64,000 bases of DNA from Thermoplasmata archaeon (GCA_038729465.1 JAVYRZ010000005.1:2970-66969), one strand, 5' to 3'. Positions 46,369-56,611 are shown, numbered from the stretch's first letter. Made by a program: numbers and translations. Notes: generated by a model not told the origin, from the letters alone.

Positions 46369-47577
46369 TCAGTCCTCCAAATCTTCTTCTATCCTTATCA
46401 GTTCATTATACTTTGCAGTTCTCTCCCCGCCAATAGTTCCTGCTTTAATATACTCTATGTTCAGACCTACTGCCAGATGGGAGATCGTGCTATCTTCAGT
46501 TTCTCCACTGCGGTGTGATATCACTGCAGTATAATTATTTTCTTTTGCCAACTTCACAGTATCAATCATGTCTGTAAGCGTGCCAATCTGATTCGGCTTG
46601 ATTAACACTGCATTTGCAGCACCTAGCTCTATTCCTTTGCTGAGCCTCTCTTTGTTGGTTACGAATAAATCATCACCAACGATAAGTGCGTTATCACCTA
46701 TCTTTTCAGTTAATTTTGCAAAGCCATCAAAATCATTTTCATCCATAGGATCTTCTACAAAATATACATTGTAATCTTCCACAATTTTGGCTACAAATTC
46801 AATCTGTTCTTCTGCACTCAATATCTTATCTTTATACACATACTTGCCATTTTTATAAAACTCAGATGCTGCTAAATCTATGCCTACAAATATGTCAATT
46901 CCATATTCTCTCGAAACTTCTTTAGTTGCCTTACTCAAGAGCTCTAATGCATCCAGATCATCCATTGCAGCAACCCATGCTTTTTCATCACCTAACCCTA
47001 GAGGAATGTTAGGAAACTTGGATTTCAGTAAACTTCCTACGTTTTTATGAACTTGTATGTTTGCAAATATTGATTCATTGAAAGTCTTGCCAAAAGCGAT
47101 GGATAAAAATTCCTGCATCACAGTCCCTCCAATAGCATGTTTTCCTCCACCAATAATATTGCTGACAGGAGTTGGTAAATAATCTGCATTCATACCTCCT
47201 AAATATTTGTATAATGGCAGGTTCAGACTGTCTGCTGCAGCTTTTGCATTTGCGAGAGATATTGCAACGGCAACGTTTCCACCAATGTTTGAAAAGTTGG
47301 TGGTGCCATCAAGCTCATGCAATAATAAATCAACCTTGCTCTGATTTAAACTATCCATTCCTACCAGTTCTGGAACAAGTTTTTCTTTGAATATTGTAAT
47401 ACCTTCATCTATCCCTTTAAGAGGATAGTCTTTTACTTCAAATGCTCCTTTGCTCGCGCCACTTGGGGCAATAGCCCTGCCAAATCCACCACTAGTGGTC
47501 ATGATATCTACTTCTACCGTTGGATTACCGCGAGAATCTATGACTTTCCTGATTTTTGCATCTTCGATAAATGTCAT
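46369..47577 (-). CDS. eno: Enolase
   Basis: 402 aa with DSRGNPTVEVD, LIKPNQIGTLT and SHRSGETEDSTISHLAVG. Confidence 0.93.
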   Translation of the reverse strand: MTFIEDAKIRKVIDSRGNPTVEVDIMTTSGGFGRAIAPSGASKGAFEVKDYPLKGIDEGITIFKEKLVPELVGMDSLNQSKVDLLLHELDGTTNFSNIGGNVAVAISLANAKAAADSLNLPLYKYLGGMNADYLPTPVSNIIGGGKHAIGGTVMQEFLSIAFGKTFNESIFANIQVHKNVGSLLKSKFPNIPLGLGDEKAWVAAMDDLDALELLSKATKEVSREYGIDIFVGIDLAASEFYKNGKYVYKDKILSAEEQIEFVAKIVEDYNVYFVEDPMDENDFDGFAKLTEKIGDNALIVGDDLFVTNKERLSKGIELGAANAVLIKPNQIGTLTDMIDTVKLAKENNYTAVISHRSGETEDSTISHLAVGLNIEYIKAGTIGGERTAKYNELIRIEEDLED

Positions 47578-47715
47578 ATTTTTACACCTATATTAAAAAG
47601 GAATATAAACTTTGTATTTAAAATCTTTTTCATAGTCACATAAAATTTTTGTTAGATAGCACAATTTTTAAATAATATCAAAATATGTAGCCTCTACCTA
47701 TTGGAGGGGAGATAA

Positions 47716-48072
47716 ATGAACAAAGGAATTCTTTTAGGTATATTTGCGATATTGTTTATAAGCACTATATTTTATGGAACCGGCAGTGCAATGGGATTGT
47801 CTATAAATACTCACGTGCCTATATTGGCTACAAATGCAACACAAGCACTATCAAACATGCTCGGAAGATTGACATATACTGTAAATATTATTGCAGGATC
47901 TATCATAGGCGTGGTCTGGATCTATGAAGCATTATTTTTAATTCTGCATAAAGATGATAAAGAAGGACTGCTAAAATTTAAAAGAGATCTGCCAGTTATG
48001 GTTCTTGCTACAATCATAATATTTGGGGCAGCAACGATCGTAAATGTGCTATCATGGATCGGCCAAGGATGA
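47716..48072 (+). CDS. Small secreted/membrane protein (signal peptide plus two hydrophobic helices), hypothetical
   Basis: 118 aa. MNKGILLGIFAILFISTIFYGTGSA is signal-like. It is followed by two hydrophobic helices of about 22 aa separated by the charged loop HKDDKEGLLKFKRD. Confidence 0.45.
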   Translation: MNKGILLGIFAILFISTIFYGTGSAMGLSINTHVPILATNATQALSNMLGRLTYTVNIIAGSIIGVVWIYEALFLILHKDDKEGLLKFKRDLPVMVLATIIIFGAATIVNVLSWIGQG

Positions 48073-48112
48073 TAGAAGAGATAATATATAAGAACTACAT
48101 ATATCAAAAATC

Positions 48113-48595
48113 GTGATAAACAGACCTAGCTGGGACGAATACTTTATGCGAATGGCATACTTGGTAGGAAGCAGATCTACATGTACTAGAAGAAAAGTGG
48201 GTGCAGTAATAGTCAAAGATAAAAGATTGCTCTCTTCAGGATACAACGGTCCTCCTTCTGGCCTTGCACATTGTGATGTTACTGGCTGCATAAGAGAAGA
48301 ACTGAACGTGAACTCTGGAGAAAGACACGAACTTTGCAGAGGTCTTCATGCGGAACAAAACGCCATTATACAGGCTGCAGTTTACGGAGTAAGCGTAAAA
48401 GATTCGATTATCTATGTGACCAACCATCCTTGCGTAGTGTGCGCAAAAATGATTATCAATGCAGGAATTAAAGAGATTGTTTATGCAAACGGCTATCCTG
48501 ACGACCTGGCAAAACTTATATTGATAGAAAGCACTGTTAAAACAAGGCAGTATGAAATTGAAGATAAATATTTTGAAAAATTTTCAGAAATCTAG
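48113..48595 (+). CDS. dCMP deaminase (cytidine/deoxycytidylate deaminase family)
   Basis: It has [10 protein letters not shown]...[20 protein letters not shown] and [14 protein letters not shown]. The track start is a GTG. Confidence 0.85.
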   Translation: MINRPSWDEYFMRMAYLVGSRSTCTRRKVGAVIVKDKRLLSSGYNGPPSGLAHCDVTGCIREELNVNSGERHELCRGLHAEQNAIIQAAVYGVSVKDSIIYVTNHPCVVCAKMIINAGIKEIVYANGYPDDLAKLILIESTVKTRQYEIEDKYFEKFSEI

Positions 48596-50397
48596 ATTGT
48601 CTCAAAGTACAGCTCTTTTCCATCTTTTAACTTTGTGATTATCAGGTTCGCATTGTCCGTATTTTCACGTACTTTGATAGTTCCTTCTTTTGAACATTTG
48701 GCAGTAAATAAATATTCATCCTCCGCGAAAATCTGGCCTGAAAGATCTTTAAAGTCTTCGCCTGCATAAAGATAAATATGATTTTTCTTTTTTTGAATCA
48801 ATAATTTGCACTTTTTACCCTCTATCTTCATGCCCTTTACATCAATGTGCAAACCGAGCAGATTCTCTAGATAATTAACATTTTTTCCATTCTTGCCTAT
48901 TATGGTAGGAATATAATCTTCCCTCACATACAATTTTATCTGTGACTCTCCAACCATCTCAACCTTGAATTTTTCGTCTGGAATTACAGTTTTTAATTGT
49001 CTTTCCAGCTCTTTTTCTGCTAATGATAAAACCTTGTTTTTACGCTCTTCTACAGGAACCACCACAATCTGCTCTCCGTATGTATATATCTCGTACTCCA
49101 GCTTATTGGTATAAAAATCTAAAACTTCGATCACAGGCCTTGCCAGATCCTGCTCTAGCATACCGCTCGGAACTTTTACCTTATATTCAATAATATATAT
49201 TTTCCCTATTTTGCCATTTTCAATGTGTATTATCGTATCTACTAATTGCGGTATTACGCCAAGCTCTACCCTGCCAATCAGTCTCTGCACTGCATCTATA
49301 GCTCTGCTGGCATGCGCAACACCGACCATGCCCACACCCGCCATTCTGAGATCTGCATAGATTTTGAAATCATAGGAGGTTCGCATCTCGTCAAATATTG
49401 TATAGTCCGGCCTTACTAACAATAATATATCTCCTGTTTTCTCCATATCCCCTTCCAGCGCAGTATACCTTGTGATCTCGTTAGACAACAATAGATCCCT
49501 GGGCTTTTCCATTGTTTTCACAACCTTGTTTTCAAAAAGATACATTTCTGCCAGGGCCTGGACAAACGTGGATTTACCAGCACCTGGTGCACCTGAAACC
49601 AGTATGCCCTCAGCACGTTTCTTGAGCCTCGAAAACAATTTATCATCAATATTGTAATCTTCAATCATTAACTTTACTGTTGGCTTAACAGCCGTGATCT
49701 CTGAAACCTCTGAAAATGGTGGTCTAGTAATTACAATTCTGTACTCTCTTAACTGTATTACAGTAGCACCTTTTAAATCTAGGTCTATGAGTGAAGATTT
49801 GTCGGTTCTGGCTCTCTCTATTATGTCTCTCGCAATATCGTTTAATTCCTGTTCTGAAATCGGCTCTTTTCTGAGTTTTACAAGCTCTGTGTTTCCAGGT
49901 CTTCCTTTTTTTGCAATAGGTATTGTACCTGTTTTTAAGTGAACGCTCATAGTACCCGAATCAAAAAAATCCTCAATCTTTGAAGTAATAGTTTTCTCAA
50001 CTTCAAAAAATATGGCTTTTACACCTCTCAGTTTAGCGATACTGTACTGTATAAAATCGGAGGTTATCAAGGTGCCTTCTGTCTCTAACGCTATGGTCCT
50101 GATAATATTATCAATTTCTCCAGACTTAGCTTTCTCAATCTGCCATTTATCAGGCCTTTTCCCATAAAATGAAATTTCTATGTTGCGATCTTTCGCAAAT
50201 TTTATGATTTTCTCAAGCTCAGAAATAGCTGTAAATCCGATCATTAAACCCCGATTTGCCTGTGCTTCTATCTCAGAAATTACAGCCTCGGGTATAATGA
50301 GCATAACATCACTCTTATCCCTTATGAATTCATAGAATCTGCCGTTAATTATTACTGACGTATCAGGTATGTATTTTTCCATAATCTCAATATTCAA
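48592..50397 (-). CDS. PIN-domain / P-loop ATPase / KH-domain protein (COG1855-type, PilT-family ATPase)
   Basis: It has an N-terminal PIN-like segment (PDTSVIING...[10 protein letters not shown]), the Walker A motif [12 protein letters not shown] and the KH motif [13 protein letters not shown]. The track start is a TTG, and ATG 50382 (MEKYIPD) is more likely. Confidence 0.75.
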   Translation of the reverse strand: MNIEIMEKYIPDTSVIINGRFYEFIRDKSDVMLIIPEAVISEIEAQANRGLMIGFTAISELEKIIKFAKDRNIEISFYGKRPDKWQIEKAKSGEIDNIIRTIALETEGTLITSDFIQYSIAKLRGVKAIFFEVEKTITSKIEDFFDSGTMSVHLKTGTIPIAKKGRPGNTELVKLRKEPISEQELNDIARDIIERARTDKSSLIDLDLKGATVIQLREYRIVITRPPFSEVSEITAVKPTVKLMIEDYNIDDKLFSRLKKRAEGILVSGAPGAGKSTFVQALAEMYLFENKVVKTMEKPRDLLLSNEITRYTALEGDMEKTGDILLLVRPDYTIFDEMRTSYDFKIYADLRMAGVGMVGVAHASRAIDAVQRLIGRVELGVIPQLVDTIIHIENGKIGKIYIIEYKVKVPSGMLEQDLARPVIEVLDFYTNKLEYEIYTYGEQIVVVPVEERKNKVLSLAEKELERQLKTVIPDEKFKVEMVGESQIKLYVREDYIPTIIGKNGKNVNYLENLLGLHIDVKGMKIEGKKCKLLIQKKKNHIYLYAGEDFKDLSGQIFAEDEYLFTAKCSKEGTIKVRENTDNANLIITKLKDGKELYFETI

Positions 50398-50412
50398 TAT
50401 AATCTATTTTAA

Positions 50413-50715
50413 CTTTGCGAGCGAGAATTTTCGTTTCGCAAGATGGATTGTGAAAGTGAGCGAAAGATTACAATGTATAAAGCACCATGATGGGAACATG
50501 ATCAGTTATATTCGGGAAAGTTCACAGATCATTGTTCTGAACAATATGCTGGAACTGTGACATGAACTCTAAAACGCAATGCACTATCCGAGTATGCAAT
50601 ATAGGGCTGAAAAAAGTAAGGAGGGCACTCAGAAACTCACGCACTTGATTTGAGAAGTACCAGAAATGGCAAAATCAGGCGTTGAAACTGTAATCATCAT
50701 GCGTTGCTGGGGAAG
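50413..50715 (+). ncRNA. Candidate structured non-coding RNA, class unassigned (size range of RNase P RNA / SRP RNA); strand tentative
   Basis: It is a 322-bp ORF-free spacer, clearly richer in G/C than the other spacers. Multiple nested helices can be drawn by hand on the + strand (see finding). RNase P-like motifs GGGAAAGUUC, AUAGGGC, GUAAGG and CAGAAA are present, but no P4 pairing could be verified. Confidence 0.35.
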
Positions 50716-50719
50716 TAAT

Positions 50720-52564
50720 TCACAGTATCTGTTTAGAAAACTTGGACAGCTCCTCTTTTAGAATTAAGCTAACTTTCTTGCCATCATATTTACCCCTTAT
50801 CTTATTCATGACAACACCCATAATAGTTGAAAATGCATTTTCTCCTTTCTCCTCTATCAAAGCCCTGTTTTTCTGAAGGATATCTTTTATGATTTCTCGA
50901 ACTTTATCTTCACTGTACATATCCAACTGTCCCAGTATGTCAGATACATTCTTGTGTTCTGTAATCTTTGATCTCAGTATGTCAGGTATCGCCTCTTTAG
51001 CAATTTTTTTATCCGCCAGAGCTCTGAAAATAGAGAGCAGGTCAACATCATTGACAGATTCAACAGATAATCCCTCATTTTCCAGTTCTGGGAGCGTGCT
51101 TAAAAGAGTTCCGGCAATTATAGAATGCTGATCATAAACACTTGCCAAGCTGCAAAAAAGCTCATCTTGTCCATTGTTTATTATTTGCTCAGCCACCTGT
51201 TTTGATATTTTATATGAATTCAAAAAACGAGACACTTTGTCATCATATTGCTCTGGCAAATTGTTTTTGATATACTCTATTTTTTCCGGCAATACAGGTA
51301 TCGGTGGCACATCAGTCTCTGGATACATTCTTTCTTTTCCGGGTAAAGGTCTCAAATACTCAGTTGTACCATCATCTTTCGGCCCTCGCGTCTCCCCCGT
51401 CACTCCTTCTATAGCCTTGTTTATGCGATCATAAATTTCGGTTAAAGCCAGTTTTGCACGATCTTCTTTCTCACAGATCAATATGAATGCATCCTCCGCA
51501 CCAAGACCAAATACCTTTTTCAGGCTGTTTACTTCGGTTTCTGTTATGCCGTAAGCTGGTAACTCGTCAGAATGAAATATGCCTTTTATGCCAAACACTT
51601 TTACATGTTCAGCAAGCTCTTTACCAAACCTGAACTTTTCAGATTTTAACAGTCCTGCAAAAAATGGAACTTTGAACCCCATAACTTTTGCATCTGTTTT
51701 AATAGAATCTTTTATGATTTTTGATGCTGTATTTTTGAAAATATCCGATACATTCAGTATATTCAATTCAAATTTACTGAATTTTCTGGCTATTAATTCA
51801 CTTTTCAACAATGACAGATTTTGCTGTCTTTTAATTTCGTTTTCCACAACCTTCTGGATAAGCTTCAGTTGCGACACTCCTTTCACTTCCACGCGTGATC
51901 CGTCCGTAGAAATGTTAATATCCTGCCTTATTGTTCCTAACCCTCTCTTCACAGTGCTTATAGATCTCAATATATTGCCAATTTTTTGGGCAACTTCTTT
52001 TACCTGCAATCCATTAGTCATATCTGGTCCAGTAGAGATTTCGATTAGCGGTATTCCTAATCTGTCTAACCGGTATACAACAGTACCCTCTTTTTCGCTG
52101 ATTTTCCTTGCAGACTCTTCTTCCAGGCAGACTGAACTAATAGATATTTTCGAGCCATTGGCCATTATGTATCCGTCTTTTCCTACCAGCGCAGTTCTCT
52201 GAAATCCGCTAGTGTTCGAGCCATCTATTACAATTTTTCTCATAAACTGAATCTCGTCTATGATCACGCAATTTAAGAGTGTAGATACCATTAATGCAGT
52301 ATCTAGAGCATCACTGTTTACTTTATGAGGCGGCTCTTCATCCGCTTCTACCAAGCATGAATTTTCAGTGAGTTCATAAGTAAACACTCTTTTTCGCTTA
52401 ACCTCCTCTAAGGCTGCTATATCAACATTGCCGGATTCTCCCAGTGCTGCTCTTAACTCTCTCTTAATGGTCCCTAAAACAGTTTCTGACAAATAGCTTT
52501 CACAATCGCAAAACAGTTTTTTTGTATTTAATTGCTGATGTATTTCCAATCCTATCTTAACCAT
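50720..52564 (-). CDS. gatE: Glutamyl-tRNA(Gln) amidotransferase subunit E
   Basis: 614 aa with MVKIGLEIHQQLNT.KLFC.C, the GatB-like core, and a C-terminal YqeY-like tail. It is paired with gatD. Confidence 0.92.
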   Translation of the reverse strand: MVKIGLEIHQQLNTKKLFCDCESYLSETVLGTIKRELRAALGESGNVDIAALEEVKRKRVFTYELTENSCLVEADEEPPHKVNSDALDTALMVSTLLNCVIIDEIQFMRKIVIDGSNTSGFQRTALVGKDGYIMANGSKISISSVCLEEESARKISEKEGTVVYRLDRLGIPLIEISTGPDMTNGLQVKEVAQKIGNILRSISTVKRGLGTIRQDINISTDGSRVEVKGVSQLKLIQKVVENEIKRQQNLSLLKSELIARKFSKFELNILNVSDIFKNTASKIIKDSIKTDAKVMGFKVPFFAGLLKSEKFRFGKELAEHVKVFGIKGIFHSDELPAYGITETEVNSLKKVFGLGAEDAFILICEKEDRAKLALTEIYDRINKAIEGVTGETRGPKDDGTTEYLRPLPGKERMYPETDVPPIPVLPEKIEYIKNNLPEQYDDKVSRFLNSYKISKQVAEQIINNGQDELFCSLASVYDQHSIIAGTLLSTLPELENEGLSVESVNDVDLLSIFRALADKKIAKEAIPDILRSKITEHKNVSDILGQLDMYSEDKVREIIKDILQKNRALIEEKGENAFSTIMGVVMNKIRGKYDGKKVSLILKEELSKFSKQIL

Positions 52565-52570
52565 TCTAAA

Positions 52571-53833
52571 TCACCATAAAACTCTTTTTTCAGACATTTC
52601 AAACCTCAGATTTTTAGTCATTAGCTGTCTCGCTTCTTCTTTTGAATAATTTCCTAAAAGCCACATCATTTTCACAAATGCAGTTTCTGGCAATGTATCT
52701 CCTAACGGTATCACGCCTGCTTTAATTAGCTCTCTACCTGATGAGTAAACGTTCATGTTTACAGATCCTGCTAGGCATTGAGAGGTCATGCCTATAAGCT
52801 TTCCAGAGTCTGTGAGCTCTTTTATCTCCTCGATCAGATATGTGCCCACATGGCCAAGCCCAGTTCCCATAAATATTATTCCGTCTACGCGCTCACCTAT
52901 GATTTTCAAGTGCTCTATATCAAATCCTGGATAATAGTAAAGTATAGAGACCTTATCATCCATCTTCTCATATGCTTCTATATTCTTATCTACTTTCATT
53001 TTATATTCTTTTAAAAATTCTACATGATCTCCTCTGATCCTTGCAATTGGATGCCCGTTTATACTCTTAAATGCATCTCTTCTAGATGTGTGCATTTTTC
53101 TAACTCTTACACCTCTATGCACCACACTATAATCATCAGATGGTGATTCATGCATGGTAACTGCCACTTCTCCCAAATTAGTATCCATCAATGCTGCTGC
53201 ACTTAACAGATTCTGGTAGGCGTCACTGCTTGGACGATCTGAAGATCTCTGTGCACCGACCAATGATACAGGTCCAGATAAATCTGGAATCATAAATGAG
53301 AGCGCTGCAGCAGTATAGGACATAGTATCCGTTCCGTGCGGTATGATTACTCCCTTTGCGCCATGATTCAACTCTGAAACGATCTCTTTTGCCAGAGTTT
53401 GCCAGTATGGAATTTTCATGTCTTCGCTAAGTATTGAAAATATTATGCGCGAGTTGATACGATGTTTTTCAGACAGTTCAGGCACCGAAATTAACAGTTC
53501 TTCCTGAGTTTCGGCAGGATGAACTGCACCACTCTTATAATCAATATAACTAGCGATTGTGCCACCGGTGCCCAGTATGGAAATATAGTTGTCTTTAAAA
53601 TGTACCTTTTTCTTGGCCTCTCTCTTTTCTTTCTTTTCACTTTTTTCTAATACTTTAATATTTTCTAATGATGAAAACTTGACCCCGATATTATAGCCAT
53701 TGTCAAGTTTTAAAATAATAATATCTGGAGAACTGAAAATATTGTTAGGCATTACAAAGCCTCTGAAAGTACCTTTGTCAGTCAATATTTCAATATAGTC
53801 ACCAACTTCAAAATCATCAATTTTGTTGCTCAT
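52571..53833 (-). CDS. gatD: Glutamyl-tRNA(Gln) amidotransferase subunit D
   Basis: 420 aa with asparaginase-like motifs ILGTGGTIAS and IPHGTDTM. It lies directly upstream of gatE. Confidence 0.92.
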   Translation of the reverse strand: MSNKIDDFEVGDYIEILTDKGTFRGFVMPNNIFSSPDIIILKLDNGYNIGVKFSSLENIKVLEKSEKKEKREAKKKVHFKDNYISILGTGGTIASYIDYKSGAVHPAETQEELLISVPELSEKHRINSRIIFSILSEDMKIPYWQTLAKEIVSELNHGAKGVIIPHGTDTMSYTAAALSFMIPDLSGPVSLVGAQRSSDRPSSDAYQNLLSAAALMDTNLGEVAVTMHESPSDDYSVVHRGVRVRKMHTSRRDAFKSINGHPIARIRGDHVEFLKEYKMKVDKNIEAYEKMDDKVSILYYYPGFDIEHLKIIGERVDGIIFMGTGLGHVGTYLIEEIKELTDSGKLIGMTSQCLAGSVNMNVYSSGRELIKAGVIPLGDTLPETAFVKMMWLLGNYSKEEARQLMTKNLRFEMSEKRVLW

Positions 53834-53892
53834 TAATAAAACAGTATGTAAAACAATAAAATTAATGTTATGGTATATCTTCTCTTATTATC

Positions 53893-54483
53893 ATGTTCAT
53901 TTCATTCGAAGGAATTGATGGCACTGGAAAGACTACGTTTGCAAAATATACTAAAAAATATCTTGAAAGCTCTGGAAAAAAAGTGTATTTTACATATGAG
54001 CCTACAGATTCTCTGGTCAATGTTAAAATCCTGATCGAGAAAAAATTGGACCCTTTTACTCAGGCACTACTTTTCATGGCAGACAGAGTTGAACACATTA
54101 AAAAGATTAGAGAGCATTTGCAGAAGAATGAGGTTGTGATAATTGATAGATATGTAGATTCTACATTTGCTTATCAAGGCAGTCTTTTAGAGCCTTTATT
54201 TAAAAGCAAGAAAAAAGCTTATGAGTATTTAGATCATATTTATGATCCATTTCGTTTAGATCCAGACCTAACATTTTTGTTTATAGTAGACCCTAAACTC
54301 GGGACTAACAGGGTTGCAAAAAGAACAGTTAAAGAATACTTTGAAAACATGGAAACTCTGGATAAAGTACAGGATTTCTATCTGTATCTGTCTAAATGCA
54401 GAGACTTCATAGTAATAGATTCAAATAGAGATCTGGACACTGTATGGATGGAATTGAAAAAGCACCTAGAATCCAAATTATAA
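53893..54483 (+). CDS. tmk: Thymidylate kinase
   Basis: It has MFISFEGIDGTGKTT and DRYVDSTFAYQG. Confidence 0.85.
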   Translation: MFISFEGIDGTGKTTFAKYTKKYLESSGKKVYFTYEPTDSLVNVKILIEKKLDPFTQALLFMADRVEHIKKIREHLQKNEVVIIDRYVDSTFAYQGSLLEPLFKSKKKAYEYLDHIYDPFRLDPDLTFLFIVDPKLGTNRVAKRTVKEYFENMETLDKVQDFYLYLSKCRDFIVIDSNRDLDTVWMELKKHLESKL

Positions 54484-54510
54484 AATAGCTAAAATGTATT
54501 TCACTTCCCG

Positions 54511-55599
54511 GTGAGAAAATTGAATAAGATACAGGAGTTAGTTAAAAATACCGGTGTGGATGAAATATTGATATACAACGGTGGAGAACCGTCTTTAGAA
54601 CTGAACTTTTTTTACTTAACACAACTTTTTGACAGTGGCTTGTTTGAAGAGTCTTACTTGATAGGAAGTTCAGATGAAAGCACAATATTAACATCTAGAC
54701 TTGAAGAGTTCAGCGCTAAAAAAAGCGGTTTAAATGTATCAGTCTATAAAGATAGCAAGGAGAGAAATGCAAAAATTAGCGAGCTAACAAAAAAAGCAGG
54801 AAAAATTGGAATAAACATGGATTATTTCAGTGTTTCGGCGTTCAATAAACTTAAGGAGAATTTAAAAGACAAAGAGTTTGTGGATATATCAAAGGCAATA
54901 CAAGAATTAAGAATGGTCAAAGACACAAAAGAGCTCAATATTCTAAGAGAAGCTGCAAAGATTGCATCAGAGTCTGTGGAATCTATCTTAAAAGATCTAA
55001 AGGAAGGAGTTAAAGAATACGAAATTGCAGCGTTACTGACTTATACAATGCTCAAAAATGGAGCATCAGACAACGCTTTCACACCAATTATCGCGTTCGG
55101 CAAAAACAGTGCTGAACCTCACTATTTTGCAGGTGCGGTAAAACTGAAAAAAGGCGATTTTGTATTAATGGATTTTGGAGCAAGGTACAAGAAATATAAT
55201 TCTGACATCACTAGAACCTATGTGTTTGGCAGGGCAAACGATGCTCAGAAAGAAATGTATGAAACTGTGCTAACTGCCCAAAAAATTGGCATTGAAAATG
55301 CCAGGGCTGGTAGAAGCGGAAAGGATATTGATGGTGCAGTAAGAAATTACATAGACAGCACTAAATATAAGGGTCTGTTCATACATTCGCTAGGGCACGG
55401 CATAGGGCTGGCTACGCACGATCATCCTGGCTTTGCGCCTGGATATGAGTTGCAAACAAAAGAAAATATGGTGATCACGGTCGAACCTGGTGTGTATCAG
55501 TCAGGATTTGGCGGAGTAAGAATTGAAGATGATGTAATATTAAAGCAAGGTGGCTGCGAAGTGATTACCACCGCCAATAAAGATCTAAGAGAACTTTAG
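54511..55599 (+). CDS. pepQ: Xaa-Pro dipeptidase / M24B-family metallopeptidase
   Basis: 362 aa with FVLMDFGARYKKYNSDITRT, HSLGHGIGLATHD, VEPGVY and RIEDDV (metal ligands). The track start is a GTG. Confidence 0.85.
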   Translation: MRKLNKIQELVKNTGVDEILIYNGGEPSLELNFFYLTQLFDSGLFEESYLIGSSDESTILTSRLEEFSAKKSGLNVSVYKDSKERNAKISELTKKAGKIGINMDYFSVSAFNKLKENLKDKEFVDISKAIQELRMVKDTKELNILREAAKIASESVESILKDLKEGVKEYEIAALLTYTMLKNGASDNAFTPIIAFGKNSAEPHYFAGAVKLKKGDFVLMDFGARYKKYNSDITRTYVFGRANDAQKEMYETVLTAQKIGIENARAGRSGKDIDGAVRNYIDSTKYKGLFIHSLGHGIGLATHDHPGFAPGYELQTKENMVITVEPGVYQSGFGGVRIEDDVILKQGGCEVITTANKDLREL

Positions 55600-55609
55600 A
55601 AATAATTCC

Positions 55610-55623
55610 TTTTTTATTTTTTT
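55610..55623 (+). terminator. Oligo-T tract downstream of pepQ (archaeal-type terminator candidate)
   Basis: TTTTTTATTTTTTT lies about 10 nt after the stop codon. Confidence 0.35.
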
Positions 55624-55684
55624 GTTAATAAAGTTTATTAATATTAAATCATTATCAGTAATAACTACTTTTTGAGGTGTTTGT

Positions 55685-56611
55685 ATGATAGATTCTGTAT
55701 ATGAGAATTTGAATTTGAAGATCTGGCTGGACGGTAAAATTATGGATTACAGCTCAGCTAAAGTTCCTATTTTAACACATTCATTGCAGTATGGTAGCGG
55801 TATTTTTGAGGGGATCAGAGCTTATGAAACTTCTATGGGTACAGAAATATTCAGGTTGAATGAACATATCAAACGCTTTTTTGAAACTGCCAAAATTTAT
55901 AACATGGATCTGCATTATTCTCAAGATGAAATCAGAGAGGCAATTATAGCGGTTATTAGAGCAAATAAATTAAATGCAGCATATATCCGCCCGTTCGCAT
56001 TTTATGGTAGCGATGCAATAGGCTTAAATGTTACTAATAAGAAAGTGAGTGTTTACATTGCTGCAGTGCCGTTTGGAAAATATTTGAGCACTGGAGATCA
56101 TGGAGTTAAATGTAAAGTTTCATCATGGCGCAGAATTAACTCAGATATTTTACCAGTTCAGGCTAAATCGAGCGGTAATTATATCAATTCTATCATAGCA
56201 AGTATAGAAGCCAAAAATGCAGGATTTGATGAGGCAGTTTTACTATCAGATAACGGGTATGTGGCTGAAGGCCCTGGAGAAAATATATTTATTGTTAAAA
56301 ACGGATCGCTGTTAACGCCAGACATCAATGCAAATATATTAATGGGCATTACGAGAGATACTGTAATGCAACTTGCTAGGTCAATGAACATACCTGTAAC
56401 TGCAAGAAATATTCATAGAGAAGAGCTTTATACTGCAGACGAAGCTTTTTTCAGCGGAACAGCGGCTGAGATCACTCCTATCATAAATGTAGATAATATA
56501 AAGGTCGGAGATGGAACTGTGGGAGTAATAACAAAACAGATAATGGATCTATATTTAGATACAGTTCATGGAAAAATAGAGAAATTTAAAAACTGGCTAA
56601 CTATAGTTTAG
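55685..56611 (+). CDS. ilvE: Branched-chain amino acid aminotransferase (PLP fold type IV)
   Basis: 308 aa with HSLQYGSGIFEGIRAY, AKSSGNYINS, EGPGENIFIVKNG.L.TP and ILMGITRD. Confidence 0.88.
   Translation: MIDSVYENLNLKIWLDGKIMDYSSAKVPILTHSLQYGSGIFEGIRAYETSMGTEIFRLNEHIKRFFETAKIYNMDLHYSQDEIREAIIAVIRANKLNAAYIRPFAFYGSDAIGLNVTNKKVSVYIAAVPFGKYLSTGDHGVKCKVSSWRRINSDILPVQAKSSGNYINSIIASIEAKNAGFDEAVLLSDNGYVAEGPGENIFIVKNGSLLTPDINANILMGITRDTVMQLARSMNIPVTARNIHREELYTADEAFFSGTAAEITPIINVDNIKVGDGTVGVITKQIMDLYLDTVHGKIEKFKNWLTIV

Noticed and set aside
50369-50560. 63-aa ORF covering the first half of the 50.4-50.7 kb spacer
   Set aside because: It starts inside the neighbouring gene's 5' end on the other strand, has no RBS, and gives an implausible peptide. 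The region is better explained as non-coding RNA or regulatory sequence.
50398-50719. Firm assignment of the spacer as RNase P RNA, SRP RNA or a C/D box sRNA
   Set aside because: RNase P-like motifs are present, but their order and spacing are atypical, and the GGGAAAGUUC segment pairs locally rather than forming a P4 helix. The SRP helix-8 GGAA/AGCA motifs are absent. The only C-box-like strings (AUGAUGG, AUGAUCA) are imperfect. It is kept only as an unassigned candidate RNA.
51579-52202. 207-aa plus-strand ORF (and similar 80-86-aa ORFs at 50889 and 51174)
   Set aside because: It lies inside gatE on the opposite strand. The sequence is serine/phenylalanine-rich and shows no motifs, so it is an antisense shadow.
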